Positions 40,486 to 51,593 of a stretch of DNA of 64,000 nucleotides are shown here, piece by piece (within the stretch, counting starts at the first letter, position 1; every line of letters starts with the position of its first letter). The notes below the pieces were generated by a model that saw nothing but the letters and a program-made list of their open reading frames with translations, was not told where the DNA came from and did not search any database. This DNA is from Malassezia furfur. Lineage: Eukaryota. The stretch lies in the NCBI GenBank assembly GCA_052055015.1, contig JBQJIT010000002.1; one strand, 5' to 3'. The position numbers and the translations under genes were made by a program.

Positions 40486-41927
40486 ATGGCAATTTGGCCG
40501 GCTCCGTTGGCCCGTACTGTTGCTCGGACCACGATCGCTTGCTCTTCGCGTGTTGGTTCAAGCCGTAGCTATTCCACAAACATGCCGCAAAGTGGGTTAC
40601 TGCCGCGCGCTGACCCGCAGTCCAAAAGATCAAGGTATCGGGTCCGGTGGTCGAGCTGGATGGTGACGAGATGACGGTATGTCTAAACGGTACTGACGCA
40701 GCGTATCATCTGGGAAAAAATTCGCAACGATGTGCGTGGCCGGAAGACTAACATGCGCAGCTCATTCTTCCGTTCCTGGACATCGACCTGAAGTACTACG
40801 ATCTGAGCATCGAGAACCGCGATAAGACCGACGACCAGGTAACCATTGACGCGGCGGAGGCGATTAAGAAGTACAAGGTCGGCGTGAAGTGTGCTACGAT
40901 CACGCCCGATGAGGCGCGTGTGAAGGAGTTCAACCTGAAGAAGATGTGGCTCTCGCCGAACGGCACGATCCGCAACATTCTTGGGGGCACTGTCTTCCGC
41001 GAACCGATCGTCTTGGAGAAGATCCCGCGCCCAGTGCCCGGCTGGAAGAAGCCGATTTGCATTGGCCGTCATGCGTTTGGTGACCAGTACCGTTGCAAGA
41101 ACTTTGTTGCGCCGGGCGCCGGCAAGCTCACCATCACGTTCACGCCCAAGGACGGCGGTGAGAAGATCGAGCACGAAGTGTACGAATACAACCAGGATGG
41201 CGGCGTGGCGATGGCCATGTACAACACGGTTGACTCGATCACTGGCTTTGCCCATGCGTGTTTCCACGTCGCAATTGACAAGCAGATGCCGCTGTACCTC
41301 TCAACCAAGAACACGATCCTCAAGGCATACGACGGCAAGTTCAAGGATATTTTCCAGGAGCTGTACGACACCACCTACAAGAAGGAGTTTGAGCGGCTCA
41401 ACATCTGGTACGAACACCGCCTGATCGATGACATGGTCGCGCAGGCGATCAAGGGCGAGGGCGGCTTCGTGTGGGCGTGCAAGAACTACGACGGTGACGT
41501 GCAGTCGGACATTGTTGCGCAGGGCTTCGGCTCGCTGGGCATGATGACCTCGGAACTTATCACACCCGAGGGCGACCTGATCGAGAGCGAGGCGGCACAC
41601 GGCACTGTGACGCGCCACTACCGTGAGCACCAAAAGGGCAACGAGACGAGCACCAACTCGGTGGCCTCCATCTATGCCTGGACGCGCGGTCTCATCTTCC
41701 GCGGCCGCCTGGACAAGAACGAGGAGCTCGTGCAGTTTGCGCATTCGCTCGAGGAGGCGTGCGTCGAGGCGATCGACAAGGACAACGTCATGACCAAGGA
41801 CCTGGCCTACTCGATCTACGGCAAGAACATGAAGCGCGAGCACTACGTCAACACGTTCGAGTTCCTCGACCACGTCAAGGACCTGGCGCTGAAGAAGTAC
41901 CAGAGCAAGACCAAGGCGCACTTGTAA
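40486..41927 (+). CDS. IDP1: NADP-dependent isocitrate dehydrogenase; three introns; presequence and C-terminal AHL
   Basis: [72 protein letters not shown]. Confidence 0.96.
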
Positions 41928-41948
41928 CCGTGATTCAACCCACTACTT

Positions 41949-44900
41949 CTACATAGCAATCAATGTGGCTGCCACCCATGCGGTGCCCAGCGCTACCATT
42001 GCCGTCCAGGGGCCAGCGCGGCCCAGCGCGCTCGAGTTCGAGTCGGAGCCCTGGTCGGCGGCGGTGGAGCCCTGCGGGGCGTCGACACTGCCGTCTGAGC
42101 CCGTGACGTTGCCCGCGTAGTAGTCGCGGCGTGCTGAGGCGAGCATCGCAAGGAACGCCAGGCTCTCGGTCGAAGTTGGCCCGGGGCTGGCGGTGGACAG
42201 CTCGTTGACCGTCAGGATGTTGTTGGTGTAGGAGCCGTAGGGATCGAGCGACTTTTGCAGCGTCTGGTAGGTCTTTTCCGCCATGGACACGTGGTCGCGC
42301 TTCGAGGGCACCATGCTCCCGTAGCGGAACACGGCGTAGGCCATCAGTGCCGAGCCGCTGCCGTCCAAAAAGGTGCGTGTGTCATTCACGACATTGTGGA
42401 AAAGGCCCGTATTTTGGTCAATAAAAGTGTAAGCCGTGTCAAAGATGCTGTCCACCATCGACCCAAGCGCTTGGCCGCGTTGCTTTATGCTGTTGTCGCT
42501 GCTGTGCATCGACGCTGCCATCACACGCAACAGGCCCGCCGCGGCCCAACCATTACCGGTGAGCCAGGCACGCTCGTCGATCCAACGTGGAGCCGAGGGG
42601 TTGCTGTAGTCCACAATGTGGCCCCACAGCCCCTTGCCTGCACCGTCGCGGAGAAGCAGGCCGTTGTGCACGCCCTCGAGCTGGTCAAAGGACATGTTAA
42701 AAAGCGTATTGTTGTTGGTGATCAGGGCGTAGTGTGCCAAAAAAGGCGGACCCATGTACGTCTGGTCCGACCACAGCTGTATGACGTTACGCGCGGCGCG
42801 CTGGCTAATCACACCGTTCGTGCTGCGCGACACGTTGTGCAGCAGGTAGTTGAGCTGGCGCTGCGCCGCACCGCCCCAGAATCCGTTGGGGTCCGGCTGG
42901 TTATTGACAAATCCCTCGATGATCCACGCGCCGAGCAAGACACCTTCGCCGCAGCTCGCCGAATCCTGTGCGGCGCCCTGCGAGGTGGATTCATCGCCGG
43001 TCACCACCGTCGCCAGGCGCCCGTTGCGGTCTTGCGCAGCGATGCTGTGGTACGCGAGCGAGAGCAGCTGGCTGGGGATAGGCGTACTGGAGCTCTCCTT
43101 CTTGGGATAGAGGTCGCCGCTGGTCTTGTGGAAGACGGACCACTCGGGGTAGTAGGTCTCAAGGATCGCCGACTGCGTCACGCCCTGCTCCCACGACGCG
43201 CGCTGCGCCGTGAGCAGACTGTTGAGCGCCATGTTGTACATGGTCGAGTTCGACGACGCCGCCGCCGTCGACGCTTGCGTCGTGTTGATCGTCGCGCGGC
43301 GCTCGAGGGCATGCGGCATCCGCGCACGCGACACGTGCGCCAAACGCTCCATCGACAAAGGGTGCGTGCCGCTGAGCGTGTCGACGGCGGTCACCACAGG
43401 CGCGGCACACAGTGCGAGCATCGCGAGCGCCACAGGTGCGACAGCCATGCGCGACGCCGTGGTGCGCGCGCTCTTCACGGTGCGGCGCGGCTGCGACGCA
43501 CGCAGCTCCGGCAGCGGATCACCGCTGGGGTCCAGCGTAAAGTCGGGCGCGACGCCGGCCTGCTCGGCGTCGTGCGTGGCAATGATCACGAGCGTGCCGT
43601 TTGTACGGAAGGTGCCCACGTCGCCCGTCGCGAACCAGCCCGAGAGCGTCGAGTCGCGCGCAATGTCCTCGGTCGTGGCGTGCGCCAGTGCATAGCCGCG
43701 CACATATACCTCGCCGACAGGGTCGTTGCGCGTGCCGGCCTCGTCAAGCGCGAGGTGCGCGAGTGCCGCGGCGTGTTTCTGCACCGCCGGCGTGTTTTGT
43801 ACCAGCTTGACCTCCATCGTGACCGCGGGCGGCCCGACGTGCGGCGCGAGACGGCGCGTCGACGCGCCGTCGACGAGCTGCGGCGCAAACGCCTGCAGGT
43901 CGTACATGTTGGAGGCGGCGACAGGAGCCGTGACCACGGCGGCCGTAGGGCCGTCCGAAAGGCGGTGCGGCACATAGGCGTGCATCACCGGACCAGCCAG
44001 GTACAGGCGCAGCTGGTCGAGCGTCGTTTGGTCGATTTCGGCGCCGCTCGACAGTACATACGTCGCGCGCACCGTGTCAAAGCCGAGCGCGCGACGTAGG
44101 GGCGCAGCGACCCATTTGTCCAGCCACTGGTTGCGCATGAAGCGGCCGTTTCGCAGAGCAAACGTGTTCACCCGGTACGCCAAACCATGCAGCAGCGCGC
44201 CCGTCGACGGGAGCCACAGCGAGAACTCCACGTGGAACGCCGCGTGCGCACTGAGATAGAGCAGCGTCGGCTTGAGCACACGCGCAAGACTCAGCACCTC
44301 GGTCGACGGCTCGCTCGCAAACGCCGCGCCAGTGTACAGCGCGGTGAGTGCCAGCGAGATGTATGCCGGCGCCGACAGCTCCCCGGCCAGGAACGCATCC
44401 GTAAGCAGAGTGTCATGCATCCCAGGGATCTTCTCGGGGGGGTACTCACTCAGCCACGCCGTCACACCACTCGTCATGGCCGTGTGCGTCGCACGGACCC
44501 ACATATCCGCGTCAGGATCGTAAAACGTCGCAAACGTGCGCGCGCCGACGGCATCGAGCTCACTACTGCGCAGCGTGCTGTGGTCGCACACTGCAGGCGT
44601 GTCCTGGGTCGTCTGGCCGAGCACGTCGTCAAAGTGCAGCGTACGCGTCGCGGACAGGACGCCGGGCATGGATTCCTCCGCGCTCGCCACGACGCTCAAC
44701 GTGCACAACGCAAGTGCGGGCGGTACCGGCTCAGTCGCATCGACGCGCACCAGCACCGCACGCTCAAAGTCGACGTTGTCGGGCAGCTGCGTCGCCTGCG
44801 CACCGTCAGGGACGACGTACGTCGTGATCGGCAAGCCAGACACGGTGCCGGCCAGCAGCGCAATGAGTGAGCGCGCACTGGTCAGGCGGCCGTACACAGC

Positions 44901-45299
44901 AATGATGGGCATCGCGCCTTGAAGCGCATTTTGGAGGCCGTAGGCAAACGCCGTCGCCTGGCGCCGTAGTTCGAGATTGGTGAGTGACATGTCGAGTACA
45001 CGGCGCGCATGCTCGCCCTCGGCGCCCGTCACACCGAGCGCAAGCAGCGACGCAACGTCGGGCGCAAAACGTTGAGGACGCATAGCAAGGTCAAATCCTA
45101 GCGGCGCGTTGATATTGCGGTAGATGGCCGACTCTTGGGGCGCGTGCACCTGCGAAGTTTCGGCTTGACGCGCGAGAATGAGCGGATGCAGTAGCGGCTG
45201 ATCCCAGTACTGCTGGTACTTGACGAGCGCAAGCACCAAGAGGATGCCAACGAGCAGGCAGATGCTCAACTGGTCCACCTCAAATACGTCCACAGCCAT
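41949..45299 (-). CDS. In-frame fusion ORF: TM + degenerate AMP-binding/acyl-CoA-synthetase-like domain, then signal-like segment + GH105/GH88-like six-hairpin glycoside hydrolase + GPI-type tail
   Basis: N-half: QPLLHPLILARQ..ESAIYRN, HVGPP, GEVYVRG, WFATGD. C-half from Met at 43448: hydrophobic MAVAPVALAMLALCAAPVVTA, LERR site, SWEQG, QLWSDQTYMGPPFLA, GLWGH, WLTGNGWAAAG, DGSGSALMAY; S-rich spacer and hydrophobic C-terminus. Confidence 0.8.
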   Translation of the reverse strand: MAVDVFEVDQLSICLLVGILLVLALVKYQQYWDQPLLHPLILARQAETSQVHAPQESAIYRNINAPLGFDLAMRPQRFAPDVASLLALGVTGAEGEHARRVLDMSLTNLELRRQATAFAYGLQNALQGAMPIIAVYGRLTSARSLIALLAGTVSGLPITTYVVPDGAQATQLPDNVDFERAVLVRVDATEPVPPALALCTLSVVASAEESMPGVLSATRTLHFDDVLGQTTQDTPAVCDHSTLRSSELDAVGARTFATFYDPDADMWVRATHTAMTSGVTAWLSEYPPEKIPGMHDTLLTDAFLAGELSAPAYISLALTALYTGAAFASEPSTEVLSLARVLKPTLLYLSAHAAFHVEFSLWLPSTGALLHGLAYRVNTFALRNGRFMRNQWLDKWVAAPLRRALGFDTVRATYVLSSGAEIDQTTLDQLRLYLAGPVMHAYVPHRLSDGPTAAVVTAPVAASNMYDLQAFAPQLVDGASTRRLAPHVGPPAVTMEVKLVQNTPAVQKHAAALAHLALDEAGTRNDPVGEVYVRGYALAHATTEDIARDSTLSGWFATGDVGTFRTNGTLVIIATHDAEQAGVAPDFTLDPSGDPLPELRASQPRRTVKSARTTASRMAVAPVALAMLALCAAPVVTAVDTLSGTHPLSMERLAHVSRARMPHALERRATINTTQASTAAASSNSTMYNMALNSLLTAQRASWEQGVTQSAILETYYPEWSVFHKTSGDLYPKKESSSTPIPSQLLSLAYHSIAAQDRNGRLATVVTGDESTSQGAAQDSASCGEGVLLGAWIIEGFVNNQPDPNGFWGGAAQRQLNYLLHNVSRSTNGVISQRAARNVIQLWSDQTYMGPPFLAHYALITNNNTLFNMSFDQLEGVHNGLLLRDGAGKGLWGHIVDYSNPSAPRWIDERAWLTGNGWAAAGLLRVMAASMHSSDNSIKQRGQALGSMVDSIFDTAYTFIDQNTGLFHNVVNDTRTFLDGSGSALMAYAVFRYGSMVPSKRDHVSMAEKTYQTLQKSLDPYGSYTNNILTVNELSTASPGPTSTESLAFLAMLASARRDYYAGNVTGSDGSVDAPQGSTAADQGSDSNSSALGRAGPWTAMVALGTAWVAATLIAM

Positions 45300-45448
45300 C
45301 CCGTTCCTGGTGAAGAGGGAAATCCCCAGGACATGCACGTCCGCCTTTGTACGAAATTGCGCCGCGGCCCAATGACGCGCCTCCTGCAGGGGTGACGGCT
45401 GCTGCAGCCCAAAATCGGAAAAATCGGGCAGGTACGCCTCGCCGCCCG

Positions 45449-46929
45449 ATGCAGGCGGAGCGCGAGGTGCTCAAGGCGCTCCGCCGCGAGAACAAAGACC
45501 TATGGAGCCGACTATGGAGCATTGAACAGGTGCGTAAACACTTTGTCTCACACAAAGGATTCCAAGTTTGTCAATGATGTGTGCGACGCCTATTATCCTT
45601 TGCCGCTCATCGGTACGCATACGACCTACTCACTCAGCCAACATGCGCTGCGGCGCGTGGTACACACCGCAGGACCGCGTTGCGGCCAAATCCTATTTTA
45701 AGTCGACGGATGGACACATGCACCAGTGGGAGTTTTCACTGAAACGCACAAATCTTCACCTTGTCGACATCCTCCAGTCGCCTGTGTCCGCCGACGGCGA
45801 GCGCAGCGCCTTGACGGGCTGCATCCTCGTCGATTCCACCCGCCGCGGGAAACGATACCCAGATGCACTGGCAAAAACTGTGCCAATATGGTGCGCCGTG
45901 CTGAACCGCGCGTCAGCCGCGCGCTACCACACTCCGACTGCCGAGGAACCCCTGGCCGTACCGGCCGAGGCGGTGTCCGACAGCGAGCGAGCCCAGATCG
46001 AGGCGCGCCTCGCCCACTGGACAGAGGCATTCCTCGCATCGGACTACACCGTACCCCGGCTAAACAAGCCGCTCTGCCCTCTCTTTGCGCACCCGGGCAC
46101 CGTGCTGGCGATTCCGTCTGCGAGGGCCGAGCAGGTACATCATATTGTCCTCGCGAGTGTATCATCTGTTGATGAGGTTGCAGGCGCCTACGGCGCAACC
46201 TACGTACAGGGCGCAGGCGATGATCATGAGAGCTGGGCGCTCGGGTTGACGCCTGATGTGTTCTGGCGAAACCGCTCCAAGCTGCTGGACCCGCATCTGG
46301 AGCGCACGGACCGCGAAATGCTCGTTCGCACGCTGGTCGCGCAGCGCGCAAACGAGACCCATGGCAACGTGTCGTGGTTGCCGCAGGACGTCGACGACGT
46401 AATCCGCATCGGGACCACGCGTCTGGTCGCTGCTCAGCGCTCGGTTGATCATGTGTTTGGCACCGACGAACGTAATGCGTATGCCCTCATTGTGCACTGC
46501 TCAAAGACCGCTACTGAGGGTGAGGACACAGATCCCTGCGTGCTGTGCCTTGGTATCCCCGAGGGGAAGCGCGGGCTGAACGACTTTGCACATGCGCTTC
46601 CGCACGTCGTCGAAGCTGTGACCCAGGCTTTGGTGGAGTCCGACACGGGCGACCGCCGCGAGGTGCTGGTATGTGGTGCCGATGGATACCACGTGTGTGG
46701 TGCGCTGCTTGTTGCCGTGCTGGCTGCAAGCTTTGATGAGCGGCGAGCTCTGATTCCGTCTCTCGTGGAGCGGCATGTGCACCGGCGTAGCTTGTCCAAG
46801 GACGAGACGCGCCGCCGTTTGCAGTGGGTCGTGGGCGCCTCGGAGCAAATTTCCCCCAGCCGCACCCACCTCCAGCGTGTCAATGCAGCGCTGATTGGAC
46901 CCCACGCGACCATAGCCACCGGACAATAA
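45449..46929 (+). CDS. RIT1: Initiator tRNA A64 2'-O-ribosylphosphate transferase; two introns
   Basis: RLWSI, ANMRCGAWY, YFKSTDGH, LVDSTRRGKRYPDALAKTVPIWCAVLN, YVQGAGDDHESWA. Confidence 0.93.
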
Positions 46930-46971
46930 CGAAGGTACACACACATACGGATCTATTTAACGCATCTTCTA

Positions 46972-48831
46972 TCACAAGTCAATCACCTCCTTGAGCAGCT
47001 TCTTAAAGTGGGGGGTACCGAAGCCCGTGACCGGGTCCCAGCCCTCGGCGGCCTCAAAGCCCTTGTAGTCTCCACAGCCACGAGCACTGCCGAGCGTTAC
47101 GTCATTGAACGCAGTGGTGTTGCCCAGGCGCTTGTAGATCAAAGGGTTGAGGAAACCGAGCGTGGCCTTGTTTTGCGCAATCCGGGCATCGTTGAGCAGT
47201 GTCACCACCGAGGCAAACAGCGGCGTCGAAGCACTCGTGCCCGAGATCAGCTCAAACTCACCGCCCACGGAAATGACAAAGCGCGAGCCTTGCGCCGAGA
47301 CATCCGGGAAGCCGCGGCCACGCGGGTTGTACAGGCCGTGGTAGCGCGTGCCTTGGTACATGGTGAGATAGTTAACCACCGCGTCGTCCTGGTAGGAAGG
47401 TCGCGAGAAGTAGTTGGAGAAGCCACCACCAGACACAATGTACGAGAACTTCTTGGTGGTGACGCGCTCCGGATCAAAGTCCTTCACGGCACCCACCGAA
47501 GTGACATACGGGCACGTCGAGGGGAACTCGGGCAGGAACGTGGTCTTGTTCTGACCGTCGTTCGTCACACACTGCGACTCGTTGTAGCCACCCACGCCCT
47601 CGTCACCGGACGAGTCAAAGACACTCACACCACGCAGACCCAGCGCGGCAAACAGCGTGCACACACGGCGGGCGTACCGTTCCGGGACCGTCTGCTCATC
47701 ATCACCGTACGAAATGGTCAGCACATCGGGCAGCTCGTGGTCCTCCAGCTGCAGCAGATACTCCAACAGCTGCAGGTACGGCTCGTTGGTATCGGTAGGG
47801 GTGAACGCGTCCTTCTTGAACGGCGGCGAGCCACCGACCGAGTAGAAGGAGGTACGCACCGGCCACGTCACACCGACGACCGTCTGCACATCGAGCGCCG
47901 CCTCACCGGTGGATGCGGCAAGGCTCTGGTTGTTCGTCGCACCGTTCAGTGTGACATAGTCGAACGTCGCTTTGCCGCGGTACGCGTCAGGACGTTGATA
48001 CTTGAGGAACTTGTTCAAGTCCTCGTAGTTGGCGACCTCGCCCAGGAACCCAGCAATACCAATGTGGGTCTTGGTGGGCGCCTGAGGCTTGTAGTCCACC
48101 GTGCCATACAGCTCACGAAGGCACATCGACGTGACTTGGGTCGCGTTGCACGACGAAGGCACACGCGAATCTTTCGCCTTGGAGTGCACGGTCTTCACCT
48201 TGCTCACGCGTCCATGGTCCTGGATCGGCGAAATTTGCACGTTCTTCTGGACCGTCTTACCGGGCGTACGCATTGTATGAATGGTCGAGAAGTAGGTCGT
48301 GCCGCCGATGAAGTCGATGTGGTCAGCGACGTTGCGGGGCAGACGGTACTCGGTAGTGCGCACGACCATTTCGCGGGTGCTGCGGTGCTCAAACACGGAA
48401 AAGTCGGTGTTGAGCATGCGCTTCGCCTTATGGACGGGCACCTTAACCACGATTGAATGCCCGTTCGACTCCTCGATCATCGAAGAAACATTGTGCTCAT
48501 CCAGCCAGTTGCGGACGACTTGGGCAGAACGGCTCGAAGGCTTCAGCATATTCAGGACCTCTTCACGCGACAAGTGGTGAAGGTACTGAGGACTGTCAGG
48601 ATCGCTGGTCTGATCGAGTTTTTTCTCGATGCTGCCAGGCGACTCCTGCTTGAGAGCGATGCGGAGAGGAATGAGTTCGCTCTCATTCGCGACGGCGCGA
48701 CGCGTCCAGCCGTGCGGCACTTGGACCTGTTCTTTGACGACGTCAGGAATAAAAGAAGGTGTAGCGCTGGTGGTCGCGGCAAAAGCCACGAGCACCGAGG
48801 CCAAAAGCGCAGTCCAAGTGTGCGCAAGCAT
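46972..48831 (-). CDS. Secreted sedolisin / tripeptidyl-peptidase I (peptidase S53) with prodomain
   Basis: Signal peptide, prodomain SDPDSPQY, catalytic GEAALD (E,D), SSGDEG (oxyanion D), GTSASTP (S), GWDPVTGFGTP. Confidence 0.93.
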   Translation of the reverse strand: MLAHTWTALLASVLVAFAATTSATPSFIPDVVKEQVQVPHGWTRRAVANESELIPLRIALKQESPGSIEKKLDQTSDPDSPQYLHHLSREEVLNMLKPSSRSAQVVRNWLDEHNVSSMIEESNGHSIVVKVPVHKAKRMLNTDFSVFEHRSTREMVVRTTEYRLPRNVADHIDFIGGTTYFSTIHTMRTPGKTVQKNVQISPIQDHGRVSKVKTVHSKAKDSRVPSSCNATQVTSMCLRELYGTVDYKPQAPTKTHIGIAGFLGEVANYEDLNKFLKYQRPDAYRGKATFDYVTLNGATNNQSLAASTGEAALDVQTVVGVTWPVRTSFYSVGGSPPFKKDAFTPTDTNEPYLQLLEYLLQLEDHELPDVLTISYGDDEQTVPERYARRVCTLFAALGLRGVSVFDSSGDEGVGGYNESQCVTNDGQNKTTFLPEFPSTCPYVTSVGAVKDFDPERVTTKKFSYIVSGGGFSNYFSRPSYQDDAVVNYLTMYQGTRYHGLYNPRGRGFPDVSAQGSRFVISVGGEFELISGTSASTPLFASVVTLLNDARIAQNKATLGFLNPLIYKRLGNTTAFNDVTLGSARGCGDYKGFEAAEGWDPVTGFGTPHFKKLLKEVIDL

Positions 48832-49158
48832 GAGCGAATAACCTGGGTCAGACACGTACGAGAAGGAAAGGAATGAAAGGACTGGTCGGAACCCGGGCAG
48901 TCGGTGCCAAGATTGGAGAGAGGGACGAAAGGTTGGGAAAAGGCCGAAAACTGCGCCAGTGTCATACCCTTATATTCTCTGAAGCTTATCGTGCCACCGA
49001 ACGCAGGGGTGTAGATAGCCGCTCAACCTCGTACATGCCACATCGCTGCGCACAGACACCCTGCAGAACTTCTACACGCTTCTGACACATGCTTAGTCAG
49101 AGACCGTGCGCGCGGCTTTGCGTGAGTCGGGCACATTGCGATCGCTTCGTTCGCAACG

Positions 49159-49727
49159 ATGACCTGGGAAGTTCGCTTCAGCAACACGCGCCAGCTGCCG
49201 TACTTTTACAACGCCGACACGCAGGTGTCGATGTGGGAGTTGCCGGATGGCATGACGGAGGAGCAGGCACGCAACCTCCCGGGTGGTTCGCTGCTGGGCG
49301 AGGCGCAGCCGGACCAGCCAGCGCCGGCGCAGGCCGGCGGTGCGCCGTACGCGAAGGACACCATTCGCGCGAGCCACATTCTTATCAAGCATAAGGACAG
49401 CCGCCGTCCTAGCAGCCACCGCCAGTCGGTGATTACCCGGACGAAGGAGGAGGCGATCCAGACGCTACACCACCTCAAGGAGAAGCTAGGTGGAAAGCCG
49501 ACGCCCGAGCAGTTCAGCCAGGCTGCACAAGAGTACAGGTATGTCTTGCAATCTACTAACCGTCTAGTGACTGCTCGTCCGCGCAGCGTGGTGGTGACCT
49601 TGGTCAGTTTGGCCGCGGCCAGATGCAGCCTGCGTTTGAGAAGGCGGCGTACGACCTGCCAGTGGGTGAGACCAGCGATGTGATCCATACCGACAGCGGT
49701 GTCCATATTATCCAGCGCACTGCGTAA
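49159..49727 (+). CDS. ESS1: Peptidyl-prolyl isomerase Ess1/Pin1 (WW + parvulin), one intron
   Basis: WW domain [16 protein letters not shown]...[45 protein letters not shown]. Confidence 0.95.
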
Positions 49728-49984
49728 CGTAGATAGTTTTTGTTCCTTGTTCTACGATCTCGATGCGATGCACGAGCGCCGGTCGTCGCGTGCGCCGCGC
49801 ACGGTCGTTCGAGGCCCGGCCAGCGGTATGTCCACGTGGCTGCAACCCGCCGCGGCCCCGGCGCGCTATCACGTGACATTGTGCGTGCCGATGCACCTCC
49901 CTGCGCGTTGTGGCTGGGCCCGCTAGATTTTCGTTGCACCAGCGCGAAGGACACGGCGCGTCTTTGCCTCCACGCTCGTACACC

Positions 49985-51544
49985 ATGTCGGCGCGAACGA
50001 AAGCCGCGGCTTCCACGCTGCGTCGCGACGGGAACGCGACAGTGACGACTGGATACAGCGCAGTGAACTTTGTGCCGACGGACAAAATCCAGACGTCGGT
50101 CAGCTACATGGATGGCTACCTGGTGATTGATACTCTCATTCCACCGAGTCGGTACCTCCCGCCGACGCTCGATGTGACGCAACTTGCGGCAGAGATGCAG
50201 ACTGACCTGCTGAACGAGATTCGGCGCCTGGGTCTTGGCAAGGGCTCGCCGGTCGGCGCCATTGCGCCGCCATGGAGCCCAGAGGTCGAGGCGGAGCAGT
50301 TTGTGCGCATGCCCAACGGTGAGCTGATCGACCCGGCGCTTGCCCCGACCGGGCACCCGGATGACTCGCGGCGGGCACGTCTCGGGATCCGCAGTTTGCG
50401 TGGCGAACCGCTCCTGACCTACTTCCCGACACCTGACGCGGCCGAAATGACGTCGGTGAATGGCAAAGTGACTACCTGCCCGTGTGTGTGCTGCCGCTCG
50501 CACTGCAGCGGTGCGGACCCGCGGACCAAGCGGCTGCCTGTGATTGAGTCGGCGCTCGCACACGACGAGGCGGGCCGCATCCTTCTCGACGCCCACACGC
50601 CGCTGGTGCCGCCTCCAAGCACTTCAGCGATGGCGCCGCGCGAGGCGGCCGTGCGCGTTGCACCGCCGACAACGGTACCGCTGGCGGAGCCGAGCGTGCC
50701 CCGGCCCGTGCCGACGACATCGCTTGGCGCGCCCTTCACCGAAAGCCCCAACGGGCGCTCTGTGGTGCGTCTGGTCAACGGCAAGCGCGAGACACGCAGC
50801 GTGGCACCGCACAAGTCGCTCAACGACCTGCGTACCACCGCGTCGCTGCAGCCGCCGGCGGTGACCGAGCGGCGGCACCTCACGCCGCCGCGCAAGGTCG
50901 AGACCTGGGAGGACACGACGCGCCCCATTGCGCGCATCACCGTGCGTCCCTCTGGCGCACTGTCAACTACAAGTCCGATGCCGCCCGCTGCGGCTGCGGA
51001 GCCGACCACCGCGATTGCCTCGCGCGCGCACAAGGGCGCAAGTGTGTTTGCGCCGCTGCAGCTCAGCGACGAGCTCTCGTCGCAGCTCGTGCTCCACGAC
51101 GAGGTGACGCCGCCCCGCCATGTGCATGCGATGACGCCGCCACTGTCCAGTCCTTCGTCGTTCACCTCATCGCGCAGCCAGCGTGAAACGGACTCGTCGC
51201 CGGGCAGCACCTACTCGGTCGATCCGAGCACGACACCGATCGCAGCGCGGTACAGCCGCTCGACGAGCAACCTGCGCCAAAAGGCGCGCGAGCGCGAGCT
51301 GCCACCCATGCCGCCGATGCCGACCACGATCCCGCAGCCGATCCAGCCCGTGCAGCAGCCCGTGTTTGTGCGACCAGCCGCGCCCGCGGCTGGCCCCGTG
51401 ACGCCGGCCAAGCAGCTGGCGATGGACGAGTACGATCTCCGCGCGCTGCCGCCACGCGCTACGACACCGGGCGGTACGCGTGTGCGCATTGTCGCGGGCA
51501 ACTCGCCGCTGACGCGTGCGCCGTATGCGCATGACCGTGCATAG
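49985..51544 (+). CDS. Hypothetical protein with a Pro/Ser/Thr-rich disordered C-terminal half
   Basis: Long ORF, ATG at 49985 in CACC context; small Cys cluster CPCVCCRSHC; no family recognised. Confidence 0.65.
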   Translation: MSARTKAAASTLRRDGNATVTTGYSAVNFVPTDKIQTSVSYMDGYLVIDTLIPPSRYLPPTLDVTQLAAEMQTDLLNEIRRLGLGKGSPVGAIAPPWSPEVEAEQFVRMPNGELIDPALAPTGHPDDSRRARLGIRSLRGEPLLTYFPTPDAAEMTSVNGKVTTCPCVCCRSHCSGADPRTKRLPVIESALAHDEAGRILLDAHTPLVPPPSTSAMAPREAAVRVAPPTTVPLAEPSVPRPVPTTSLGAPFTESPNGRSVVRLVNGKRETRSVAPHKSLNDLRTTASLQPPAVTERRHLTPPRKVETWEDTTRPIARITVRPSGALSTTSPMPPAAAAEPTTAIASRAHKGASVFAPLQLSDELSSQLVLHDEVTPPRHVHAMTPPLSSPSSFTSSRSQRETDSSPGSTYSVDPSTTPIAARYSRSTSNLRQKARERELPPMPPMPTTIPQPIQPVQQPVFVRPAAPAAGPVTPAKQLAMDEYDLRALPPRATTPGGTRVRIVAGNSPLTRAPYAHDRA

Positions 51545-51593
51545 GACCCCAACGATCTGTAGTGATGTATTCAATACCTAGTCTGTGCTCTGT

